Shown one piece after another: positions 1-9,999 of a DNA stretch of 54,064 nt. The notes beneath the pieces were generated by a model. The model saw only the letters and a list, made by a program, of their open reading frames with translations. It had not been told where the DNA came from and searched no databases. Origin of the DNA: Flavobacteriaceae bacterium (GTDB taxonomy: Bacteria; Bacteroidota; Bacteroidia; Flavobacteriales; Flavobacteriaceae); assembly GCA_029245825.1 (NCBI GenBank), contig JAQWON010000011.1, positions 1 to 54,064 of the forward strand, written 5' to 3'. Position numbers and translations under genes: made by a program. Position 1 is the stretch's first letter; each line of letters starts with the position of its first letter.

Positions 1-2865
1 ACTGATTTTGATGGGAATTACTCTATAGAAGCATCTTCGGGTGATATTCTGGTAATTTCTTTTGTTGGATTTACTACTCAAGAAATACCCGTCGGTGACC
101 AAGACCAAATAAATGTTACTCTTGTAGCTGACAGTGAACTAGAGGAAATTATTGTAACTGGATATCGCTCTCAAGCAAGAGGAAGCGTAACCGGGTCTGT
201 AGCAACTGTTGATGTTGCTGATGCAGTAAAAGTCCCTGTTTCAAATGCTGCAGAAGTCCTTCAAGGAAGGGTTGCTGGCGTTACTGTTATCAACAGTGGT
301 CAACCTGGTACGGCTCCAATAGTCCGTATAAGAGGGTATAGTACCCCAAATAATAATGACCCTTTATATGTCATTGATGGTGTACAGACTACTGATGCGT
401 ATGTTTTGAACAGTATAAATCCAAATGATATTGAAAGTATAAGTGTTCTTAAAGATGGAGCAGCTTCGATATATGGAGCTAGAGCATCTAATGGTGTAAT
501 ACTTATAACTACTAAAAGCGGAAAAGGTGTTGAAGGAACAAAAGTTACTGTTGATTTATCTTATGGTACTCAAACCGCAACTAACCTTCCTACTTTATTA
601 ACTGCTTCAGAACATGGCCAGATGTTATGGCAAAGTTATGCTAATGATGGCGTAGCTCCAGACCACGTCCAGTATGGAAATGGCGCGTCTCCTGTAATTC
701 CATCAACTATTCAAGGAATAACAAATGGTAAAACTTTAAATGTCCCTGCCGGAGGAACAGATTGGTTTGATGCAATTTTTGATGCTGCACCAGTTTCAGA
801 TATTAACATCTCTGTCGCAAGTGGATCTGAGAGTTCAAATTTCTTGTTTTCACTTAATCATTTAAAAAGAGATGGTATTATGATAGAAACTGCATATGAG
901 AGAATTGGAATAAGACTTAACTCTGACTTTAATATTAATGACAATATAAAAATAGGGCAAACATTGAATGTTACTACTGATGTTGAAAACAACCCTGGGT
1001 CATATACTCAAGAAGCAATGAGAATGTCTCCATTACTTCCTTTAAGAGCGAATGATGGTACTTTTAGCGGAATTTATGTTACATCTAATAACTTAGGTAA
1101 CGTAACAAGTCCATATGCCTCTCTTAAAAGATCAAGTGACGACTATGCTAAATCAGTTAGAGCTATTGCAGGGGTTTATGCTCAAATAGATCTTACTGAA
1201 GATATATATGTTAAAACTTCATTTAATGGACAGTTTAGAACATTTATGAATAGAAGGTTTGATGATTATACTCCAGAAGCTGAAACTAATTCAGGTGGAG
1301 CTCTACATGAGCAATCATTTAATCAATATGAATGGAACTGGACTACATTAATTAACTGGGGAAAAACAATAGGAAATCATTCCATTGATGCTTTTGCTGG
1401 ATATGAAGCTGTAAAAAATTATTTTAAAGGACATCAAATGACTAGAACTAATTTCTTATTTGATACTCCTGAATTCGTTCTTTTATCTACAGGGACAGGT
1501 ACTCCTAACGTAGATTATGCTAGTGAAAGCTGGAATACTTTAGCTGGTTATTTCTTTAATGCTAGTTATTCTTACAAACGTAAATACTTATTTACGGGAA
1601 GTATTCGTAGTGATAAAACTTCAAGATTCTCAAAAGATCAACAAGATGACTTATTCCCTTCAGCAAGTATTGGATGGGTAATAGATAAAGAAAGTTTCTT
1701 TAATAGTAGCTTTTTTAATTCCATGAAATTAAGAGTTTCTTATGGTGAGATAGGTAATCAAACTTTACCTGCTTCTAATCCTGATGTTAATATTTCTGCC
1801 TTGTCAGAAGACACAGCCTTTTATTCATTTACTGGAGATAGAGGAAATGTTAGTACAGGAGCAGCACTTACCAGTGTAGGAAATCCTAATTTAACATGGG
1901 AGACATCTGTAACTCAAAATATAGGTTTAGATTTCGCTATGTTGAACTCTAAATTATCAGGTAGTCTCGAATACTTTAAAAACACAACTAAAGATTTGAT
2001 CGTAAGAGATAATTCTGTTATTAGTACAACTGCAATTGATGCAGGTGCTCCTTTTGTAAATTTAGGTGAAGTGCAAAATACTGGAGTTGATCTTGCATTA
2101 AGTTATTCTAATGAGACTAATTCTGGATTAAGATATAATTTTAATTTGAACATTTCTTCATATAAAAATGAGGTGCTTGCGTTAGTTAATGATACACCTG
2201 CTTTTGGAGATAACTTTAGGGAAGGTAGTGTTACAAGAACAGCAGTTGGAGAACCAATTTCTCACTTCTATGGAAAACCTCATGATGGACTGACCTCAAA
2301 TGGGCGTCTTAACTTTGTTGATTCAAATGGTGATGGAGTAACAAATGATTCCGATAGAACTATAATTGGTAATCCTCATCCGGATTATACTTTTGGGCTA
2401 AACATGAATTTTGCATATGAAAATTGGGATCTGTCTTTATTTTTAAACGGATCTCAGGGCAATGACATCTATAACTGGGTTAAGATATATAGTGAATTCC
2501 CAACATTTGTTCATGGAGGTAGAGTTGCTAATGTTCTTAACGCATGGACTCCATCAAACACAAACACAAGTGTACCAGCTTTATCATCGGGTGTGCAAAA
2601 TGGAGAAACAGCTCCTAACTCATACATGGTTGAGGATGGTTCGTACACAAGATTAAAATCTGTACAATTAGGATATAATTTTCCTGCAATTGGAATGTTT
2701 GAGAGTATGAGGGCTTATGTTTCTGCAACAAACTTATTTACAATAACAGATTACAGCGGAATGGATCCTGAGGTTGCAAGATCAGGAGCCTTAACTTTAG
2801 GAGTTGATACAGGAACTTATCCTGCTCCTAGAATAGTTTCAGTTGGACTTAATTTAAATTTTTAA
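1..2865 (+). CDS. susC: SusC/RagA-family TonB-dependent transporter (5' truncated by window edge)
   Basis: Frame 1 is open from base 1 (TDFDGNYSI..., carboxypeptidase-like N-domain; LQGRVAGV, PLYVIDG). It contains the SusC signature INPNDIESISVLKDGAASIYGARASNGVILITTK and ends in a barrel-type Phe (GLNLNF). The ORF-track start at 406 is internal. Confidence 0.97.
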   Translation, partial: TDFDGNYSIEASSGDILVISFVGFTTQEIPVGDQDQINVTLVADSELEEIIVTGYRSQARGSVTGSVATVDVADAVKVPVSNAAEVLQGRVAGVTVINSGQPGTAPIVRIRGYSTPNNNDPLYVIDGVQTTDAYVLNSINPNDIESISVLKDGAASIYGARASNGVILITTKSGKGVEGTKVTVDLSYGTQTATNLPTLLTASEHGQMLWQSYANDGVAPDHVQYGNGASPVIPSTIQGITNGKTLNVPAGGTDWFDAIFDAAPVSDINISVASGSESSNFLFSLNHLKRDGIMIETAYERIGIRLNSDFNINDNIKIGQTLNVTTDVENNPGSYTQEAMRMSPLLPLRANDGTFSGIYVTSNNLGNVTSPYASLKRSSDDYAKSVRAIAGVYAQIDLTEDIYVKTSFNGQFRTFMNRRFDDYTPEAETNSGGALHEQSFNQYEWNWTTLINWGKTIGNHSIDAFAGYEAVKNYFKGHQMTRTNFLFDTPEFVLLSTGTGTPNVDYASESWNTLAGYFFNASYSYKRKYLFTGSIRSDKTSRFSKDQQDDLFPSASIGWVIDKESFFNSSFFNSMKLRVSYGEIGNQTLPASNPDVNISALSEDTAFYSFTGDRGNVSTGAALTSVGNPNLTWETSVTQNIGLDFAMLNSKLSGSLEYFKNTTKDLIVRDNSVISTTAIDAGAPFVNLGEVQNTGVDLALSYSNETNSGLRYNFNLNISSYKNEVLALVNDTPAFGDNFREGSVTRTAVGEPISHFYGKPHDGLTSNGRLNFVDSNGDGVTNDSDRTIIGNPHPDYTFGLNMNFAYENWDLSLFLNGSQGNDIYNWVKIYSEFPTFVHGGRVANVLNAWTPSNTNTSVPALSSGVQNGETAPNSYMVEDGSYTRLKSVQLGYNFPAIGMFESMRAYVSATNLFTITDYSGMDPEVARSGALTLGVDTGTYPAPRIVSVGLNLNF

Positions 2866-2868
2866 AAA

Positions 2869-4551
2869 ATGAGAAATATATATTTAATTTTAATAGGCTT
2901 ATTAGTCTTAACAGTTAATTGCTCGGAAGAGTTTACAGACGTTGATCCAATTGGATCATTAAACGATGCTCAGTTGGCAAATCCAACTGGTGTTGAACTA
3001 TTATTAACAGGTGCTTACTCAGTTTTAGATGCCGGCAGAAATGGTGGTATTGGAAATGGCTGGGGCCGTAGTGCTGATAATTGGGTAGCTGATGTAGCTT
3101 CTGATGATGCCCATAAAGGGAGTACTGATGGTGATCAGCCTGACCTATATGAACTTGAATTATTTAACTGGCAAACGGGTAATGGCTATTTCATGGCTCG
3201 TTGGGAAGTTTTATATGCAGGTGTTAATAGATCTAATGCAGTTATCAACTTAATTGCTAGTAGTGAAACTCCTGCCAATTTTATTGCGGAAGAAGCACAG
3301 GCAAAGTTTTTAAGAGGACACTACAATTTTGAATTAAAAAAGCATTATGATAATGTTCCTAATATAACTGAAGTGAATGCTAGCGAATTAAATTATAATG
3401 TTGCAAATGCTGGCGGAACTTTGTTATCATGGGCAAATATAGAAGCTGATTTTACTTTTGCAAAAGACAACCTTCCTGCTACACGTGCAGGCGGTTATGC
3501 AGTTGGAAGACCAATTTCTTCAACTGCTCAAGCATTCTTAGGAAAAGCTCAACTTTTTCAAGGAAAATGGGCTGAAGCTTCGGCTAATCTTGAAGCTGTA
3601 ATCAGTACAGGAATATATGATTTACATCCTAATTTAGTTGATAATTTTAGATCAGCTACTGAAAATGGTGCTGAAGCTATGTTTGCTATTCAATATTCGG
3701 CTGATGATGGACAAGTTAAACAAGGTAATGCTTCAGGAGCATTAAATTATCCTGCAGCATTTGGTTGGTGTTGTGGTTTTTATCAGCCAACCCAGGACTT
3801 AGTTGATGCATATCAAACTGATAATGGTTTACCTATGCTTGATAATTTTCAAGCAAGTTCTGCTATGGATCATGATTATAACATTACCGCAGAGACAGCA
3901 TTTACTGTGCCATCAGCTACTGTTGATCCGCGTTTAGATTTTACAGTTGGAAGAAGAGGAGTTGATTATAATGGTTATGGAATACATGCTGGAAAATCAT
4001 GGATTCGGGCTAACTTTTCTGATATTTCTGGCCCATATTTACCTAAGAAAAACATCTTCCAAGCAGATGACGCAAATAACTTTGCTCAAGGTGGTTGGGG
4101 TCAAAATCTTTCTGGTCTAAATTATCATATAATGCGATATGCAGATGTTCTTTTAATGGCTGCTGAAGCTGCTGTTGAAACAGGAAGTCTTGAGAGAGGA
4201 AGAACTCTTGTTAATCTAGTTAGAAATAGAGCCAAAACTATGACTCCTGTAGCTGGGACTAATCCTGATATAGAATTGTATAATGACGCGTGGGTAGACG
4301 CAGCTGCTGCTCGTAAAGCAGTTCGTTTCGAAAGAAGATTAGAATTAGCAATGGAAGGGCATCGTTATTTTGATTTAGTAAGATGGGGTAATATGCCTGC
4401 TCATATGAATGCTTATATAGCTAATGAAGCTGCAACTATTACAACTTTTGGTAAAGGACAAACGTTTCAAGATAAACATGTTCGATATCCAATTCCTTTA
4501 TCTGCTATTGACCTTAGTGGCGGAGTATTAGTTCAAAATCCTGGTCACTAA
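2869..4551 (+). CDS. susD: SusD/RagB-family glycan-binding lipoprotein
   Basis: Lipobox TVNC; motifs MRYADVLLMAAEA and FERRLELAMEGHRYFDLVRWG; C-terminal QNPG; starts 3 nt after susC. Confidence 0.96.
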   Translation: MRNIYLILIGLLVLTVNCSEEFTDVDPIGSLNDAQLANPTGVELLLTGAYSVLDAGRNGGIGNGWGRSADNWVADVASDDAHKGSTDGDQPDLYELELFNWQTGNGYFMARWEVLYAGVNRSNAVINLIASSETPANFIAEEAQAKFLRGHYNFELKKHYDNVPNITEVNASELNYNVANAGGTLLSWANIEADFTFAKDNLPATRAGGYAVGRPISSTAQAFLGKAQLFQGKWAEASANLEAVISTGIYDLHPNLVDNFRSATENGAEAMFAIQYSADDGQVKQGNASGALNYPAAFGWCCGFYQPTQDLVDAYQTDNGLPMLDNFQASSAMDHDYNITAETAFTVPSATVDPRLDFTVGRRGVDYNGYGIHAGKSWIRANFSDISGPYLPKKNIFQADDANNFAQGGWGQNLSGLNYHIMRYADVLLMAAEAAVETGSLERGRTLVNLVRNRAKTMTPVAGTNPDIELYNDAWVDAAAARKAVRFERRLELAMEGHRYFDLVRWGNMPAHMNAYIANEAATITTFGKGQTFQDKHVRYPIPLSAIDLSGGVLVQNPGH

Positions 4552-4571
4552 TTTTATAAGTTACTTTTTAA

Positions 4572-4602
4572 AAAAAAGCTCCTTTTCTAAAGGGGCTTTT
4601 TT
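4572..4602 (+). terminator. Intrinsic terminator after susD
   Basis: AAAAAAGCTCCTTT-TCT-AAAGGGGCTTTTTT hairpin (one G-U pair) with U-tract, about 20 nt after the susD stop. Confidence 0.8.
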
Positions 4603-4616
4603 ATTAAACTTCCAGA

Positions 4617-5489
4617 ATGAGAACCATTTTATTATTTAAAATATTTCCTTTATTAATTATTTTTTTAGTAATTACTTGTTCTTCCAATGAGGAAGAACTA
4701 TCAAATCAAATGGAAATCACAACAGAAACTTACTATTTAATTGGAGAAGATCTGACCCTAATTTGGAGTGATGAATTTGATTATGAAGGATCTCCAGATA
4801 TAGATAAATGGCATCACCAAACAATTGCCCCAAACAATGGAAGTTGGTGGAATGGGGAACTACAACATTATACTAACAGATTAGAAAATTCTTCTGTAAA
4901 CAATGGAACGCTTAAAATTAAAGCTAAAAAAGAACAATATGAATTTGATGATTCTTCAAAATCTTATACTTCTGCTAGGCTTAACTCAAAATTTTCTTTT
5001 AGATATGGAAGAATTGATGTAAGAGCTAAACTTCCAAAAGGATCTGGAACATGGCCTGCTATATGGACACTTGGTGCAAACATTAATGAAATTGGAAATT
5101 ATTTTGGAGACCACTTTGGAAATGTTGGCTGGCCAGCTTGTGGAGAAATTGATATTATGGAGCAAAATGGATGGAATAAAAACAATGTTATTGGTCACCT
5201 TCATTGGGAAGATAATTCTGGACAATATAAAAATCAGGGAGGTACGAAAAGTATTGAAAATTCATATGATGAATTTCATACCTATTCATTAGTTTGGGAT
5301 AGTTCAAAAATTTCTATTCTTTTAGATGATAATACTTTTTTTAGTATGGCAAATACATCCAACAACCCTTATGATAATGATCATTATCTACTCATTAATA
5401 TTGCTGTAGGTGGAAATCTTGGAGGAGATGTTCCATCTAATTTTTCAGAAGAAATTATGGAAATAGATTATGTAAGAATTTATCAATAA
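4617..5489 (+). CDS. GH16 beta-1,3-glucanase (laminarinase-like) lipoprotein
   Basis: Lipobox VITC; LIWSDEF, YTSARL, GTWPAIW, catalytic GEIDIME (beta-bulge type), IDYVRIYQ. Confidence 0.92.
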   Translation: MRTILLFKIFPLLIIFLVITCSSNEEELSNQMEITTETYYLIGEDLTLIWSDEFDYEGSPDIDKWHHQTIAPNNGSWWNGELQHYTNRLENSSVNNGTLKIKAKKEQYEFDDSSKSYTSARLNSKFSFRYGRIDVRAKLPKGSGTWPAIWTLGANINEIGNYFGDHFGNVGWPACGEIDIMEQNGWNKNNVIGHLHWEDNSGQYKNQGGTKSIENSYDEFHTYSLVWDSSKISILLDDNTFFSMANTSNNPYDNDHYLLINIAVGGNLGGDVPSNFSEEIMEIDYVRIYQ

Positions 5490-5492
5490 CTC

Positions 5493-8400
5493 TTGAAGAC
5501 TAAGTCAGTGGATTTAAAATCTTTTTTTATTCTAATTATGTCAATCATAATTCTTGGTTGTGACGACAATTCAGAAAATCTTTTTGTCAAAATAGACAGT
5601 AACACAAGTAATGTTAAGTTCAATAATCAAATAATTGAAAATGATACTTTAAATATCCTGAATGAAGAGTATGTTTTTAATGGGGGAGGTGTGGCAGCTG
5701 CTGATTATAATAATGACGGAAAAACTGATCTTTTTTTTACTGGAAATCAGCAACCCAATAGACTCTATTTGAATCAAGGTGAATTTGTTTTTAAAGACAT
5801 TAGTGAATCAGCAAAAATATTAGCTCAAGACAAGTGGTCTACAGGGGTTACTTATGCTGACATTAATAACGACAATCTTTTGGATATATATGTTTGTGCT
5901 GCTATGTATAAAGAGAATAGAAGAAATATGCTTTTCATAAACAAAGGAGTTAATCCAGAGACAGGAATTATTAATTTTGAAGAAAAAGCATCCGAATATG
6001 GTGTTGACGATTCTGGTAATAGCATGGGAGCTGTCTTTTTTGATTACAATAAAGATGGCTTTATTGACCTCTTTGTTCTAAACAATGAACAAAGTAAAAC
6101 CATTCCTACAAACTATAGAAAAAAAATTAAAGATGGAACTGCTGTTAGTAATGATCGACTATACAAAAATAATGGTGATGGAACTTTTTCTGATGTTACA
6201 ATAGAATCGGGAATTACAGTGGAAGGATTTGGTTTGGGAGTTGCTATCTCTGATGTAAACCATGATGGTTGGCCAGATATATTCATTGGCAACGATTATA
6301 TAACAAATGATCTCCTATATATAAATAACCAAGACGGAACATTCTCTAATAAAATAAGAGATTTTATTAAACATCAAAGTATGTTCTCTATGGGTGTAGA
6401 TATATCTGATTTTAATAATGATGGGTACCCTGATATTGTGTCCTTGGATATGCTTGGCGAATCAAACTATAGAAAAAAAACAACTATTTCATATAGCAAT
6501 TATGAAACTGTTTTTTTAAATCAAAAATGGGATTATGAAACCCAACATTCAAGAAATATGCTGCATCTTGGAAATGGGAATAATGTCCCTTTTAGTGAAA
6601 TAGGTATGCTTTCAGAAATATATCAAACCGATTGGAGCTGGTCTCCTTTATTCTTTGATGCAGATAATGATGGGCTTAGAGACTTGTTTATAACAAATGG
6701 TTTCCCAAGAGATATAACAGATAAAGATTTTTCTGATTTTCGACAAAGTGTTGCCCGATTTGTCAACAGTTCAATCCTTCTAGATTGCATTCCGGTTGTA
6801 AAACAATCAAATTATTCTTTTAAAAATAATGGCGATCTAACTTTTTCTGATAAAAGTAATGATTGGGGGCTTGAAATACCTTCATTTTCAAATGGTGCTG
6901 CTTATGCAGATCTTGACAAAGATGGTGATCTAGACTATATAGTTAACAATATAAATGATGAAGCATTTATCTTTAATAACACTTCTGAAAAATCTCTAAA
7001 CAATAAGTATTTAATGGTTAAACTAAGAGGTCCTGAAAATAACACTACAGGAATAGGGGCCAAGATTGCCGTAAGGTTTCACGGGGATAAATTTCAAACC
7101 CAAGAGATCTATCACACTAGAGGATACATGTCTGGAGTTGAAAACATAATTCATTTTGGCCTTGGAGATCTTGGGGAAATTCTTTCAGTAGAAGTTCTTT
7201 GGCCAGATGGGTCTTTTCAAAAAATCTCTGATGTTAAATCAAATCAAACCATTGAATTCCTTTATAATAATTCAAATGATCTAGATGATAAATCAATCCG
7301 TTTCCCTCTAATTAAAAAAGATTATGATAAAATGTTTACTGAAGTGTCTAAAATTAAAGACATTAACTTTAAACATTCTCAAATTGATCAAGCAGACTTC
7401 CATTTTCAAAGATTACTGCCAAGAAAAATCTCTGAATCCTCTCCTAAAATAGTTTCTGGAGATTTTAATAATGATCGCTTAAATGATTTTGTCGTATCCA
7501 ATTCAAAAGGTGCTTCTCCAAAATTATTCTTACAAAATAATGATGGAAAATTTAATGAATCTACACTTTTCAAATCTGATCATTTTAATGACTATGAATA
7601 TGAAGATTTAGCAACTTTGGATTATGATCTTGATAATGATTTGGATTTAATTTTTTTAGCAAACAAAGAAAATTATTCAAGACAACTTTTTGAAACTAAA
7701 ATTGAACTCTTAAGAAATGATGGAAATGGAAACTTTGAATTGGAAAGTGGCAAGTTTCCACAATTGGATTCTCAAGGCTCAATAATTCGTGTTAATAATA
7801 ACATTAATGAAAAGCTTACTGATATTTTTATTGGAGGAAAAACAAGACTAATAGAATATCCTCACTCTGATACCAGTTCAATTCTTAGAAATATTAATGG
7901 AGAATTTATAGATGTTAGTAAACAAGTTTTTGGGGATAATCCCCCAAAAGGCATTATTAAGGATGCTCTTTGGGTAGATCTTAATAATGACAAAATAAAA
8001 GATCTTGTTGTGGTAAGTGAATTTTATCCCATCCAAATATATCTCCACAACGATGGAAAGCTGATACTCTCAGAAAAAAATGGAATAGAAAATTATTCTG
8101 GCTGGTGGCAATCAATAGAATCCTTAGATAGTGATAACGATGGAGATATGGATCTTTTGATTGGAAATATTGGTGTAAATAATCATTACAATATTTCAAA
8201 GGAAACACCGGTTTCTTTGATTTCAAAAGACTTTGATGAAAATGGATTTGAGGATCCAATCATTTTTTCTTACTCAAAAAGTAAAAAGGGAAAACTAAAA
8301 ATGTATCCCGTTACATTTTGGGGTAACTTAAATAGACAAAGTCCTTTTTTCAGGAAAAAATTTAAATCCTATAGGCAATTTGGGTCCGCAGATTTTAATA

Positions 8401-8828
8401 AAATTTTTTCTGAAGAGGAATTAAAGGGCGTCATAAAATTAGAAGTTAATTTTGATAAAACCTGCTTAATTGAGAACTTAGGAAACGGGAAATTTAAGGT
8501 CCATCTATTACCCAGTAAATCCCAGTTTGCCCCGATATATGATTTTGAAAAAGTTGATCTAAATAATGATGGGTTATTAGACCTGTTGCTAATTGGAAAT
8601 GACTACGGGAATGAGCCCTTTATAGGTCCTTATGATGCCCTTTCAGGTCTTGTTTTAATCAACGCTGGGGAAAATAAATTTGAGGTAATGGAGGAAGAAG
8701 AATCAAATTTTATTGTTCCTGGGAATGCTCGAGATATTGAAAAAATGACTAATAGTAAAGGAGATAATTCATTTTTAGTCTCCCAAAATTCCGGAGAATT
8801 ATTACTCTTTGAAATATCAAAAAAATAA
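5493..8828 (+). CDS. VCBS/FG-GAP repeat + ASPIC/UnbV (CRTAC1-like) lipoprotein
   Basis: Lipobox ILGC; many DxNxDGxxD repeats; GGGVAAAD; TDWSWSPLFFDADNDG; ASPIC-like HFGLG...EVLWPDG. Start may be the GTG at 5508. Confidence 0.9.
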   Translation: MKTKSVDLKSFFILIMSIIILGCDDNSENLFVKIDSNTSNVKFNNQIIENDTLNILNEEYVFNGGGVAAADYNNDGKTDLFFTGNQQPNRLYLNQGEFVFKDISESAKILAQDKWSTGVTYADINNDNLLDIYVCAAMYKENRRNMLFINKGVNPETGIINFEEKASEYGVDDSGNSMGAVFFDYNKDGFIDLFVLNNEQSKTIPTNYRKKIKDGTAVSNDRLYKNNGDGTFSDVTIESGITVEGFGLGVAISDVNHDGWPDIFIGNDYITNDLLYINNQDGTFSNKIRDFIKHQSMFSMGVDISDFNNDGYPDIVSLDMLGESNYRKKTTISYSNYETVFLNQKWDYETQHSRNMLHLGNGNNVPFSEIGMLSEIYQTDWSWSPLFFDADNDGLRDLFITNGFPRDITDKDFSDFRQSVARFVNSSILLDCIPVVKQSNYSFKNNGDLTFSDKSNDWGLEIPSFSNGAAYADLDKDGDLDYIVNNINDEAFIFNNTSEKSLNNKYLMVKLRGPENNTTGIGAKIAVRFHGDKFQTQEIYHTRGYMSGVENIIHFGLGDLGEILSVEVLWPDGSFQKISDVKSNQTIEFLYNNSNDLDDKSIRFPLIKKDYDKMFTEVSKIKDINFKHSQIDQADFHFQRLLPRKISESSPKIVSGDFNNDRLNDFVVSNSKGASPKLFLQNNDGKFNESTLFKSDHFNDYEYEDLATLDYDLDNDLDLIFLANKENYSRQLFETKIELLRNDGNGNFELESGKFPQLDSQGSIIRVNNNINEKLTDIFIGGKTRLIEYPHSDTSSILRNINGEFIDVSKQVFGDNPPKGIIKDALWVDLNNDKIKDLVVVSEFYPIQIYLHNDGKLILSEKNGIENYSGWWQSIESLDSDNDGDMDLLIGNIGVNNHYNISKETPVSLISKDFDENGFEDPIIFSYSKSKKGKLKMYPVTFWGNLNRQSPFFRKKFKSYRQFGSADFNKIFSEEELKGVIKLEVNFDKTCLIENLGNGKFKVHLLPSKSQFAPIYDFEKVDLNNDGLLDLLLIGNDYGNEPFIGPYDALSGLVLINAGENKFEVMEEEESNFIVPGNARDIEKMTNSKGDNSFLVSQNSGELLLFEISKK

Positions 8829-8873
8829 TCTTTTTAGGTATAAAATCATTAAATTGAATAAATATTTCAACCT

Positions 8874-9995
8874 ATGACAAATTCTAGTTCCCAAAGATTA
8901 TTATCACTTGACCTTCTCAGAGGAGTTACGATTATTTTTATGATAATTGTTAATGATCCTGGTTCCTGGGATCATGTATATGCTCCTTTATTGCATGCAG
9001 ATTGGAATGGAATTACACCAACTGATTATATTTTCCCTACTTTCTTATTTGTGTTGGGAGCCTCAATAGTACTGTCGATAAGCAAACAAAGGGAAAAGGG
9101 AATTGAGAATAACAGAATCCTTAAAAAAGTATTATGGAGATCAGCTAAAATATATTTAGTTGGTTTGTTTTTGTGGATTTGGGGTACATTTTTTCATACT
9201 TTTTCAATATCCTTTGATGAAATTCGTTGGGTAGGCGTTCTGCAAAGAATTTCATTTGTTTTTCTCTTTTGTGCATTAATTTATATGTACACTTCTAAGA
9301 GAACACAAATCTATATATGCGTTTTAACTCTTATAGGATATTTAATTGTAATGTGTTATGTGCCTGTCCCTGGAATAGGCTATCCAGATCTAAGTGTACC
9401 AGAAAAAAACTGGGCTCATTATATTGATTCAATCTTTTTACCCGGGGTTTTATGGCAGGATACATGGGATCCTGAAGGTATATTTAGCACTCTCCCATCA
9501 ATAGTTACCGGAATTTTTGGAATGTTTGCTGGATATATAATAAAAAAATCATCTGATCTAAAAGAAAAAATAGTTTACCTTTTCCTTTTAGGTTTTTGTT
9601 TACTCCTTGCAGGAGATATAACAAGTTATATTTTCCCGCTTAATAAAAATTTATGGAGCACTTCTTTTACTCTTTTAGTGGGAGGAATATCTTGTTTGGC
9701 ATTTGCGTTTTTTGTTTTTCTTGTCGATCTAAGAGATAATGGTAGATATTTTAAATTTGCAAAAGTATTTGGCGTTAACTCCATCTTTTCTTATGTCCTT
9801 GCTGGTATGATAACATTTGTTTTCTATGGTGATGCTTTATGGGGTTTTGGTTTTAATGATTTATTTATAGAAAATCTTTCATCAATTGGAATTTCAAAAA
9901 AACTATTGTCATTTATTTATGCCCTTATTTATGTTTTGATAATATGGATACCTACAAATTATCTTTATAGAAAAAAAATATACATTAAGTTATAG
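8874..9995 (+). CDS. HGSNAT/NagX-like (DUF5009/DUF1624) membrane acyltransferase
   Basis: RLLSLDLLRG, LLHADWNG, IFPTFLFVLG, GVLQRI, DPEG, PLNKNLWSTSF, FGVNSI; about 10 hydrophobic segments. Confidence 0.88.
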   Translation: MTNSSSQRLLSLDLLRGVTIIFMIIVNDPGSWDHVYAPLLHADWNGITPTDYIFPTFLFVLGASIVLSISKQREKGIENNRILKKVLWRSAKIYLVGLFLWIWGTFFHTFSISFDEIRWVGVLQRISFVFLFCALIYMYTSKRTQIYICVLTLIGYLIVMCYVPVPGIGYPDLSVPEKNWAHYIDSIFLPGVLWQDTWDPEGIFSTLPSIVTGIFGMFAGYIIKKSSDLKEKIVYLFLLGFCLLLAGDITSYIFPLNKNLWSTSFTLLVGGISCLAFAFFVFLVDLRDNGRYFKFAKVFGVNSIFSYVLAGMITFVFYGDALWGFGFNDLFIENLSSIGISKKLLSFIYALIYVLIIWIPTNYLYRKKIYIKL

Positions 9996-9999
9996 TGCT

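Noticed and set aside
5690..8600. Recurring GAT..AAT..GATGG motifs as a DNA repeat array or CRISPR
   Set aside because: They are degenerate protein-level FG-GAP repeats; there are no identical repeats with spacers and no cas genes.
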